Virus record (IMG/VR): IMGVR_UViG_3300049601_000013
Coordinates: 1-64,000 of that record
DNA: 64,000 nt
From: a virus
Reading direction: 5' to 3' (one strand)
Both the position numbers and the translations under genes were made by a program. The notes below the pieces were generated by a model. The model did not search any database, was not told the origin of the DNA, and saw nothing but the letters and a program-made list of their open reading frames with translations. Positions 9,066 through 16,255 of this stretch are shown here, piece by piece. The stretch's first letter is position 1. Every line of letters starts with the position of its first letter.

Positions 9066-9511
9066 TGGGGACCAATCACCTGCAGCGCGCGTTCCAGCGC
9101 GCGCTCATCATCGCGCAAGTCATGGAAGACACGCGCGTCCTGGGCCCGATCATTCGCACCAACTGGAAGGGCATCGCCCAGGTCAAGACGCTGTGCGTGG
9201 CGTGTGGCGACGACCTCGACGTCGGCCAGACGTACGAGAAGGCACACTACATGGAGCGTCCCAAGTGGGAACGCTTCGTGCACGAGCTGTGTCCGACGAC
9301 GCAAGAGATGATCGACATCTTGCGCAAGGGACAGCACGAGGACCTCGTCATGCACAGCTTCGCGGGGCAGGGCGGCGGCACGTGTGAGCGCTGTCAGCGT
9401 CGCTTCGACAAGTACCAGACGGTCTACGAGGTCCGCCCCTTCGGCGAGCTGCCGAAGACCGGTAAGATCTACCAACGCTGCTGTAAGGAGTGCGTGAGTG
9501 TCTTCAACTGA
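9065..9511 (+). CDS. hypothetical Cys-rich (zinc-binding) protein
   Basis: CVACGDD...ELCP...CERCQ...CCKEC. The GTG start overlaps the upstream TAG. Confidence 0.5.
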   Translation: MGTNHLQRAFQRALIIAQVMEDTRVLGPIIRTNWKGIAQVKTLCVACGDDLDVGQTYEKAHYMERPKWERFVHELCPTTQEMIDILRKGQHEDLVMHSFAGQGGGTCERCQRRFDKYQTVYEVRPFGELPKTGKIYQRCCKECVSVFN

Positions 9512-10337
9512 CGAGCAGGACACGAGTGCTGCGACGTCACCGATCGGTGAGGATGCGACGCTGTCGATTCTCATTCACGCGCCAAGCAAGGTCGGTAAGT
9601 CCACGCTGTCGTCCACCGCTCCCGCGCCCATCCTGGTGCTGGATGCGGAGGGCGGCTGGCGGTTCATTCGGGAGTCCGGCTTCCAGTCGGGAGTCCCGCT
9701 GCGGAAGAGGTTCTGGGACCCCCTCGCGGAGCCGCCTCCGCGTCACGACGGAACGTGGGACGCGTGCATCGTCACGGTCAGCAGCTGGGGCACGCTCAAG
9801 CGCGTGTATGAGTGGCTGCTGACGACGCCTCACGACTTCCGGTCGCTCGTGCTGGACTCCATCACCGAGGCGCAGCGCCGGTGCAAGGAGAACATCAAGA
9901 GTGACGGCCAGATGCAGATCCAGGACTGGGGCCGTCTTCTCGCGGAGATGGACAAGCTGGTGCGCGGCCTGCGTGACCTTATCTTGCTGCCCAATAACGT
10001 CCGCATCGCGGTGTTCCTCGCGGAGACGAAGGAGCACCTTGGCCGATGGCGTCCCGCCATGCAGGGCCAGATCGGGACCGCGCTCCCGTACTGGATGGAC
10101 GTGGTAGGGTACCTGTTCGTGGCCAACGACCTGGATGAAAACGGTCAGCCGACCGTCCCGGTGCGTCGCCTGCTCGTGGGTCCCAACCCCACGTATGAGT
10201 CGGGCGAGCGCGTGCAGGGCGTCCTGGGCGCGGTGGTCCACGAGCCTCACATCACCACCATCGTCAACACCGTCTTTCCTCACACATCCTCGAACACCTC
10301 CGCTGAACGCGACACGAAGAAGGGCACTGACCAGTGA
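9498..10337 (+). CDS. RecA-like AAA ATPase (Sak4/AAA_24-like)
   Basis: Walker A LIHAPSKVGKST and Walker B-like LVLDSITE. It sits between the nuclease and the SSB-like gene, as in phage recombination modules. Confidence 0.7.
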   Translation: MSSTDEQDTSAATSPIGEDATLSILIHAPSKVGKSTLSSTAPAPILVLDAEGGWRFIRESGFQSGVPLRKRFWDPLAEPPPRHDGTWDACIVTVSSWGTLKRVYEWLLTTPHDFRSLVLDSITEAQRRCKENIKSDGQMQIQDWGRLLAEMDKLVRGLRDLILLPNNVRIAVFLAETKEHLGRWRPAMQGQIGTALPYWMDVVGYLFVANDLDENGQPTVPVRRLLVGPNPTYESGERVQGVLGAVVHEPHITTIVNTVFPHTSSNTSAERDTKKGTDQ

Positions 10338-10876
10338 CATCATTCAACTTCGGCGACCTGTACAAGGACGCCACCACGCTCGTGACCGGCACCTTCGACG
10401 GCATCGTCTCCGAGTCGACTCTCACGGAGTCGTCCAACGGCAAGCCGATGATCAAGGTGAAGCTGCAGGTCGAGGGCGGCAAGCACCACGGCAAGACCTT
10501 CTTCACGCAGTTCGTGATCTCCGTCGACAGCCCCACCGCCCTGCGGATGTTCTTCGGCAACATGAAGGCGTTCGGCCTCGGCAAGGAGTACTTCGAGACC
10601 AACCCGGCGTCGGAGCAGGTGGCCGCCGCCATCCACGGCAAGCGCTGCCGCTTCACCGTCGGCACGCGTGAGTGGCAGGGCGTCGACCGCGAGAGCGTCG
10701 ACAAGGTCGAGCCGCCGCTGCCCGGCATGAACGGCCTGCCGGGGCTGCCGGGAGCGTCGACGCCCGCCGCGCCGGTTCCGGGGGTTCCGTCCACGCCGGT
10801 CGTCTCGGGCCCGCCGGCGGGCGCCCAGGGACCCGCCGCCAACGGCGCCGACGTTCCGCCGCCGCCCGCGTTCTAG
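10334..10876 (+). CDS. ssDNA-binding protein-like (DUF669-type) with Pro-rich tail
   Basis: FGDLYKDA..GTFDGIV..KVKLQVEGGKHHGKTFFTQF pattern. The C-terminal disordered tail ends GADVPPPPAF. Confidence 0.55.
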   Translation: MTSFNFGDLYKDATTLVTGTFDGIVSESTLTESSNGKPMIKVKLQVEGGKHHGKTFFTQFVISVDSPTALRMFFGNMKAFGLGKEYFETNPASEQVAAAIHGKRCRFTVGTREWQGVDRESVDKVEPPLPGMNGLPGLPGASTPAAPVPGVPSTPVVSGPPAGAQGPAANGADVPPPPAF

Positions 10877-10889
10877 TCGCCGCGTCGAC

Positions 10890-10918
10890 TTGAACAACCG
10901 CCGACGGTCTGGTACGTT
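10890..10918 (+). promoter_or_regulatory. sigma70-like promoter upstream of the glycosyltransferase operon
   Basis: TTGAAC (10890-10895), 17 nt spacer, TACGTT (10913-10918), with TGG just upstream of the -10. It lies in the 93-nt gap before ATG 10970. Confidence 0.45.
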
Positions 10919-10939
10919 CGCGCGTATCAGACCGTCGGC
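10900..10939 (+). promoter_or_regulatory. 12-bp perfect inverted repeat enclosing the predicted -10 box
   Basis: GCCGACGGTCTG (10900-10911) and CAGACCGTCGGC (10928-10939) are separated by a 16-nt loop containing TACGTT. It could be an operator or the terminator of the upstream operon. Confidence 0.5.
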
Positions 10940-10969
10940 CACCACGGCACGACAGAGACAAGGACGCGC

Positions 10970-12304
10970 ATGAAAATCTTGTATGGAAAGCTCGGTCGTG
11001 CCATGCCGTTGACCTTGGAAAAGTGCGGCACGCTGGGCGGCGACGTGGAGTGCATTCCCGTCGTCAAGGCGCTCGCCCAGCGGCATCCCGAGGACACCTT
11101 CTACCTCTTTGGCCGCAACTCCGGCGAGGTCGCCGAGGAGGCGGGGCTGCCGACGAACGTCGTCAACCCGTGGACCGAGTACGGCTGGCGCGACGAGCTT
11201 CGCGCGTTCATCAAGCGACACGAGATGAACGGCAACTTCACGGTCGCGCAGCAGCGGCAGCTGATCGCATTCATGGACGACATGGTGCGTCCGCTCGTGG
11301 ACGACACGGACGGCATCGTCGGCTGGATCGGACAGCACGGCACCACGAACCAGCCGACGCCCGGCATCACCAAGAAGTCCAGCGGGCAGCTTACGCGGCC
11401 GCAAGACTTCTCGGTGATCTACTGCAGCTTCTTCCTGAACGCGATCAACCGCTTCCGCGACGTCGACCCGTGGACGCGTGAGGAGGTCTGGCTCAACGCG
11501 GACTCGCGCAACTACCTCAAGATGCGCGACCTCGCGTGGCCGCTGGTCGAGCCGGTCCTCACCCAGCGGACGTACCAGCACACGATCCGACACGAGCGCG
11601 GCGACCGGCGCATCGCCGTGAATCACGACTGGCAGCAGCGCGTAGGCGCCCGCGAGCTGGACAAGCACGGGCATCACGTGTGGGAGTCCACCGTGAACTG
11701 CGTCTACTCGCGCCTGGAGATCAACGCACTGATGCCCGACACGCCCTTCGGCGACCTGGTGTCGTACAGCGACGACTTCGACCGGCCGGGCCGGTTCGGC
11801 CTCTTCATCAACGAGGCGCGGACGTACGTCTCCGACGCCACCAAGCGCGTCAACGCGCTGCGCGACTACGCGCTTCCGGTTCGTCCTCACTTCGTGCACG
11901 GCACGTGGTCAAAGCCGTCACAAGAAAGCTTGGGCATCACGATCACTCCCGCACCGTGGAGCGAGTACTACGCCAAGTTGCACAGCGTGAAGTGCACGCT
12001 GACGACGCCGTCCAGTGGGTCCGGCTTCGCGACCACCAAGCCGTGGGAGGCGTTCGCGGCGGGAACCGTCTGCTTCTTCCACCCCCGCTACGATGACCAG
12101 AATCACATTCTAGGCGGCCTTCCGGAGGTTGCCCAGCAGTGGCTACGGGTTAAGCATCCGGGAGACTTCCAGCGCAAGCTGCACGAGGTCTCGAACGACC
12201 GGGGGCTGTGGGAGTGGCTGGTCCGCGAGCAGCGCGAGTACTTCGAGCGCGAGATCGCCGACCTCCGTTACATCCAGCACATCGAGGAGAGGCTCTACGC
12301 ATGA
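10970..12304 (+). CDS. GT-B-fold glycosyltransferase, possibly a DNA (hydroxymethyl-base) glycosyltransferase
   Basis: N-terminal MKILYGKLG...GGDVECIPVVKAL...DTFYLFGRN and C-terminal TKPWEAFAAGTVCFFHPRYD loosely resemble T4 beta-glucosyltransferase (MKIAIINMG..SSETIYLF; RVWETMASDAVMLIDEEFD). It lies within the replication/modification operon. Confidence 0.5.
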   Translation: MKILYGKLGRAMPLTLEKCGTLGGDVECIPVVKALAQRHPEDTFYLFGRNSGEVAEEAGLPTNVVNPWTEYGWRDELRAFIKRHEMNGNFTVAQQRQLIAFMDDMVRPLVDDTDGIVGWIGQHGTTNQPTPGITKKSSGQLTRPQDFSVIYCSFFLNAINRFRDVDPWTREEVWLNADSRNYLKMRDLAWPLVEPVLTQRTYQHTIRHERGDRRIAVNHDWQQRVGARELDKHGHHVWESTVNCVYSRLEINALMPDTPFGDLVSYSDDFDRPGRFGLFINEARTYVSDATKRVNALRDYALPVRPHFVHGTWSKPSQESLGITITPAPWSEYYAKLHSVKCTLTTPSSGSGFATTKPWEAFAAGTVCFFHPRYDDQNHILGGLPEVAQQWLRVKHPGDFQRKLHEVSNDRGLWEWLVREQREYFEREIADLRYIQHIEERLYA

Positions 12305-13419
12305 CGTCGACGCGCGCCGCCATCATCAGCACGACGATCAACCCGATGCCCAACATGGAGTCGTGGCTCACGCACATGTCGCCGCGTGACGTCATGATCA
12401 TCGCGGGTGACCATAAGACCCCTCACGCCGAGATCGAGCGCATGGCGCGACGCGCGCGTGAGGAGTATGACCTCGACGTCACGTACGTTCGACCCGAGGT
12501 GCAGGGCCGCTGGCTGTCATCGGAGGTCCTCCCGTGGAACTGCATCCAGCGGCGTAACATCGCGATCCTCGAGGCGATCGACCGGACTCCCGAGTTCATC
12601 ATCACCATCGATGACGACAACTACCCAATGACCGACGTCACGCACATCGGCATGTCGTGGGTCGACCAGGTCGAGTGGGTTCTCATGCGACCGCACGACG
12701 TCGTCGTGGGCAGCTCCAACACCGGCTGGTTCAACCCCGGCGAGCTGTGCCGTCCCCGGGTGACGCACCGGGGATTCCCGTTCGGTCGTCGTCACGAGGA
12801 GACCGAGCTCGGGCTCAGCTTCAACGCGGGCAACCCCACGGTCGGCGTCTTCGCCGGACTGTGGTACGGCGACCCGGACATCGACGCGATCGAGCGCGTC
12901 GTCTCACAGCCGGACATCAAGATGATCGAGCAGGTCAACGTCACGCTCGCGCCGGGCACGTGGGCGCCCTTCAACTCGCAGTCCACCGCGTACCGCACCG
13001 AGCTGGCGCCGCTTATGATGTGCCTGCCTCACGTGGGTCGGATGGACGACATCTGGGCCAGCTACGTCGCGCGCACTGTCATGGATCACATCGGCTGGCT
13101 CGTCCAGTACGGTTCACCCACCGTCCGCCAGGACCGCAACCCGCACGACCTCTTCCGCGACATCCAGGCGGAGATGCTCGGGTACGAGCACACGCAACAC
13201 CTCTGCGACGTTCTTCGCGGCATTGAACTGCCCGCGACTTCGCACGTGGACGAGCTACTGACGTACGTGACCTCACACCTCACAGCACTTCCGTACGTTC
13301 CGGTTGGAACCCTGAATGCGTATGACGCGTGGAGCGACGACATCATACAGCTCGACGATCGTCACGCCGCCGCACGACTGTTCGACACCTCGAAGATGGG
13401 AAACGACAATGATGAGTGA
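12301..13419 (+). CDS. RGP/GT75-family (reversibly glycosylated polypeptide / UDP-arabinose mutase-like) glycosyltransferase
   Basis: FIITIDDDNYP, THRGFPFGRR, GLWYGDPDIDA and GRMDDIWASY align with plant RGP motifs FTIDDDCFV, RGYPFSLR, GLWLNIPDYDA and GRYDDMWAG. The ATG overlaps the upstream TGA. Confidence 0.7.
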   Translation: MTSTRAAIISTTINPMPNMESWLTHMSPRDVMIIAGDHKTPHAEIERMARRAREEYDLDVTYVRPEVQGRWLSSEVLPWNCIQRRNIAILEAIDRTPEFIITIDDDNYPMTDVTHIGMSWVDQVEWVLMRPHDVVVGSSNTGWFNPGELCRPRVTHRGFPFGRRHEETELGLSFNAGNPTVGVFAGLWYGDPDIDAIERVVSQPDIKMIEQVNVTLAPGTWAPFNSQSTAYRTELAPLMMCLPHVGRMDDIWASYVARTVMDHIGWLVQYGSPTVRQDRNPHDLFRDIQAEMLGYEHTQHLCDVLRGIELPATSHVDELLTYVTSHLTALPYVPVGTLNAYDAWSDDIIQLDDRHAAARLFDTSKMGNDNDE

Positions 13420-13945
13420 TTCGACCGACAACCTCGTCCGCCTGCTGGAGATGCAAGAGCGGCTCCAGCGGGAGGCGTATAAGACCGACCTGCGGGCGCT
13501 GCAGCCCGAGGAGCGCGTCGACTTCATCAAGGACATGGTGCTCGCCGCCACCGATGAGCTGCACGAGGCGCTCGCGGAGACCAGCTGGAAGCCGTGGGCG
13601 TCGACGTACGGCGACGTCCAGAGTGAGGCGTTCTTCAACGAGCTGGTGGACCTGCTACACTTCGTCATGAATCTCATGCTCGTCGCTCGCCAGGACCTGG
13701 AGCCGCGCGAGGTCGCCCAGCTGCTCGTCCAGCGGTACGAGGTCAAGAACGCGAAGAACCTCCAGCGGCAGGTCGAGGGCTACGACGGGAAGACCAACAA
13801 GTGCCCCGCGTGTAAGCGTGCCCTCGATGACGAGGCGGTCCGCTGCCGGCGCGTCACCGTCGACGACTTCGACGGGCCTCACCGGTTCTGGTGTTCACGT
13901 GATGCGGAGTTCTTTCACGCGGACGGCTCTCGCGCGCACTCCTAG
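13409..13945 (+). CDS. all-alpha NTP pyrophosphatase (dimeric dUTPase/dCTPase, MazG-like) with C-terminal zinc ribbon
   Basis: TDELHEALAETSWKPW and ELVDLLHFVMNL are typical of the dUTPase_2/MazG all-alpha family. The C-terminus reads CPACK...CRR..WC. Confidence 0.65.
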   Translation: MMSDSTDNLVRLLEMQERLQREAYKTDLRALQPEERVDFIKDMVLAATDELHEALAETSWKPWASTYGDVQSEAFFNELVDLLHFVMNLMLVARQDLEPREVAQLLVQRYEVKNAKNLQRQVEGYDGKTNKCPACKRALDDEAVRCRRVTVDDFDGPHRFWCSRDAEFFHADGSRAHS

Positions 13946-13946
13946 T

Positions 13947-13974
13947 ATGATCAGCTGAATGTGTCAGTGATCAT
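13947..13974 (+). promoter_or_regulatory. imperfect inverted repeat upstream of the C5-methyltransferase gene
   Basis: ATGATCAGCTGA, 5 nt spacer, TCAGTGATCAT, with two TGATCA hexamers. It lies 20 nt upstream of GTG 13995. Confidence 0.35.
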
Positions 13975-13994
13975 GGTAGCGTCGGGAGAGTCAT

Positions 13995-15665
13995 GTGACG
14001 TACAGGGCCGTGGACTGCCAGTCCTTCGCGGGCGGCTTCACGCTGGGAATGGTGCAGGCGGGTTTCGAGCTTACGGGAAAGCGTGAGCAGAAGGGTGGCT
14101 TTGGCACACCCAACTGTGAGGCCAACCGTCACCTGCTCGGCGACGGGTGGCAGGCGGAGGCGTGTTCACCTGAAGAGTGGACTGTACCGACAGCAACTAG
14201 TGATGTACTATTTGCTAATCCCCCGTGTTCGGGATTTTCGGTGATGAGCTCACGTGACTTTCGCGGAGCGGGTTCAGTCATCAACTCGTGCATGTGGGCC
14301 ACGATCGAGTACGCCGCTCGCGTTCGTCCAATTGTAGCCGTCTTCGAGTCGGTCCAGCTGGCCGCGAAAGAGGGTGAGGGACGCGAGCTGATGCGCGCGC
14401 TGCGCGACCGGCTCGAGGAGCTCACCGGCGACAAGTACCACCTGTACCACGTGTTGCACAACGCGTACTCCGTCGGCGGCGCGGGCATGCGGCGCCGGTA
14501 CTTCTGGCTCGCGTCCCGCGTGCCGTTCGGAATCGAGGAGCCGCTCATCCAGCGGTACCCGGTTCTCAACGAGGTCATCGGCGACCTGGTCGAGCAGCCG
14601 CTCGCGTGGGAGGCACGGCCGTACGCGAACCCCGCGCCGTCGTGGTGGGCGGCCACGCGTCGGAACGTCGGCTCGAACGGCGTTCCGGCGCACACGGTGG
14701 ACGGGCACGCGATGACCGAGTCGCCGCTTCACCTGCGCATCAAGGAGCTCATCGAGTGGGCAGACATGCGACCGCGCGAGCCCATACAGCACGCGCTTCG
14801 CCGCTGCTATGAGACGCACGGGTCGCTGCCGCCCTTGTGGAAGCACAACGAGGCGAAGCTGATCTCGCGCGACTTCTTCTCCGGCTTCACGGCGCCCGTC
14901 CGCTGGCAGGGCGACCTGCCGGCGCGCGTCATCACCGGCGGCGCGCTGGGCTCCGTGATTCACCCGACCCTCGACCGCACGATCACGCACCGTGAGACCG
15001 CCCGCGTCATGGGCTTTCCCGATGACTGGCTGATCGACCCGATCCCGCGCGGGGGTCTGGCACCCACGTGGGGCAAGGGCATCACCGTCGATTGCGGCCG
15101 GTGGATCGGCGAGTGGATCAGGGCCGCACTGGACGGCGCGCCCGGCACGTTCGCGGGCGACCTCGTCGGCGAGCGTGAGAGCTCGATCGACTGCACCAAC
15201 TCGTGGCAATCACAGGGCAAGATTGTGATCAAGTCTGGTAAGGTAGTACGGACTGCTGCGAAACGCAAAAACACACAGGGAGGAATCAGCATGTCCGAGG
15301 ACGTCAACGTGGAGAACGCGTCCCAGGCGGAGGCCACCGTCCCCGCCACCAACCGACGTGGCCGGCCACGTCCCGAGGTCACCATCGAACGCGATGCCGT
15401 CGTTCTGAAGGTGCTGGAGGCCGCGCCGTCCACCAAGGTGCAGGTCGCCGTGGAGACCGGCTTCAAGGAGAACGAGGTCTACCTCTCTCTGCACCGGCTG
15501 CAGAAGACCGGCAAGATCAAGCGTGTGCGCGACGGCGGGTCTCACATGTGGGAGGTGACCTCCTCGGAGGACGCTCCCGAGGTCGCCACCGCCGAACCCA
15601 CCGAGGCGACGCCGGCACCCGCGATCGAGCCGCAGGGTCCCGCGCAGCCGGAGTCGTGGATCTAA
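13995..15665 (+). CDS. DNA (cytosine-5) methyltransferase fused to a C-terminal winged-helix domain
   Basis: Motif I CQSFAGGFTLG, motif IV FANPPCSGFS, motif VI FESV and motif VIII GMRRRYFW. The C-terminal LEAAPSTKVQVAVETGFKENEVYLSLHRLQKTGKIKRV looks like a wHTH. Confidence 0.8.
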   Translation: MTYRAVDCQSFAGGFTLGMVQAGFELTGKREQKGGFGTPNCEANRHLLGDGWQAEACSPEEWTVPTATSDVLFANPPCSGFSVMSSRDFRGAGSVINSCMWATIEYAARVRPIVAVFESVQLAAKEGEGRELMRALRDRLEELTGDKYHLYHVLHNAYSVGGAGMRRRYFWLASRVPFGIEEPLIQRYPVLNEVIGDLVEQPLAWEARPYANPAPSWWAATRRNVGSNGVPAHTVDGHAMTESPLHLRIKELIEWADMRPREPIQHALRRCYETHGSLPPLWKHNEAKLISRDFFSGFTAPVRWQGDLPARVITGGALGSVIHPTLDRTITHRETARVMGFPDDWLIDPIPRGGLAPTWGKGITVDCGRWIGEWIRAALDGAPGTFAGDLVGERESSIDCTNSWQSQGKIVIKSGKVVRTAAKRKNTQGGISMSEDVNVENASQAEATVPATNRRGRPRPEVTIERDAVVLKVLEAAPSTKVQVAVETGFKENEVYLSLHRLQKTGKIKRVRDGGSHMWEVTSSEDAPEVATAEPTEATPAPAIEPQGPAQPESWI

Positions 15666-15668
15666 GGC

Positions 15669-15986
15669 GTGACCACCACGCCGCGTAACGAGGATCGGTC
15701 GTCAACGTCCAGTGACAACTCACTGGGCGTGACGATCGGCCTCCGTGAGATTTATGACAAGGTGGCGGACATCGCGGGCCGCATCACCCAGCTGACCATG
15801 CAGGTGATGACGCTCCAGACGAACCAGGTGTCGAGTACGACGGAGGTGGACGGCATTGAGACGCGCGTCCGCGCGCTCGAGCAGCGCTCCGTCGTGACAC
15901 CCGCCGCCATGTGGACGGCTCTCGGCGTGATCACCGCGGTCGCCGGAGTCATCGTAGCCGTCATCTTTGGGGTCCTGAGCAGCTAG
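15669..15986 (+). CDS. tail-anchored membrane protein (coiled coil plus C-terminal TM), lysis-cassette associated
   Basis: C-terminal AAMWTALGVITAVAGVIVAVIFGVL transmembrane segment. It lies directly upstream of the endolysin block. Confidence 0.55.
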   Translation: MTTTPRNEDRSSTSSDNSLGVTIGLREIYDKVADIAGRITQLTMQVMTLQTNQVSSTTEVDGIETRVRALEQRSVVTPAAMWTALGVITAVAGVIVAVIFGVLSS

Positions 15987-15994
15987 GAGTCTCC

Positions 15995-16255
15995 GTGCGC
16001 TACCACGCCGCGACGCACTCACCGGTCGTTGAACTTCCCGATGATCCCGACGCCGTCGCCGTTCCTCTGCCCTCCGAGTACTACGGAGTCGTGGACCAGG
16101 TCCACCTCGACGCGGTGCGTGAGCTCGCCGAACCCGACGACGTTCCACGCGTCTTCAAGCCCCACCCGCGCGACCCAGGCCAGTTCTTCGTGCTGCGTGG
16201 TGACGGACTGCTCGATCACTACGTCGGCATTCCCGACGATGAGGAGGTGGAGTAG
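15995..16255 (+). CDS. hypothetical acidic protein
   Basis: GTG 15995 lies 5 nt after AGGAG. This is the downstream part of the 15911..16255 ORF and abuts the endolysin start. Confidence 0.45.
   Translation: MRYHAATHSPVVELPDDPDAVAVPLPSEYYGVVDQVHLDAVRELAEPDDVPRVFKPHPRDPGQFFVLRGDGLLDHYVGIPDDEEVE

Noticed and set aside
10340-11899. 519-aa minus-strand ORF
   Set aside because: It spans an intergenic gap containing a promoter and hairpin, and is antisense to the SSB-like and GT-B genes. It has no motif and the GC3 pattern favours the plus-strand frames.
10970-12304. Firm annotation as T4 beta-glucosyltransferase
   Set aside because: The resemblance rests only on short N- and C-terminal stretches aligned by eye. 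I could not place the BGT UDP-binding Arg residues, so it is kept as a GT-B-like candidate pending profile or structure comparison.
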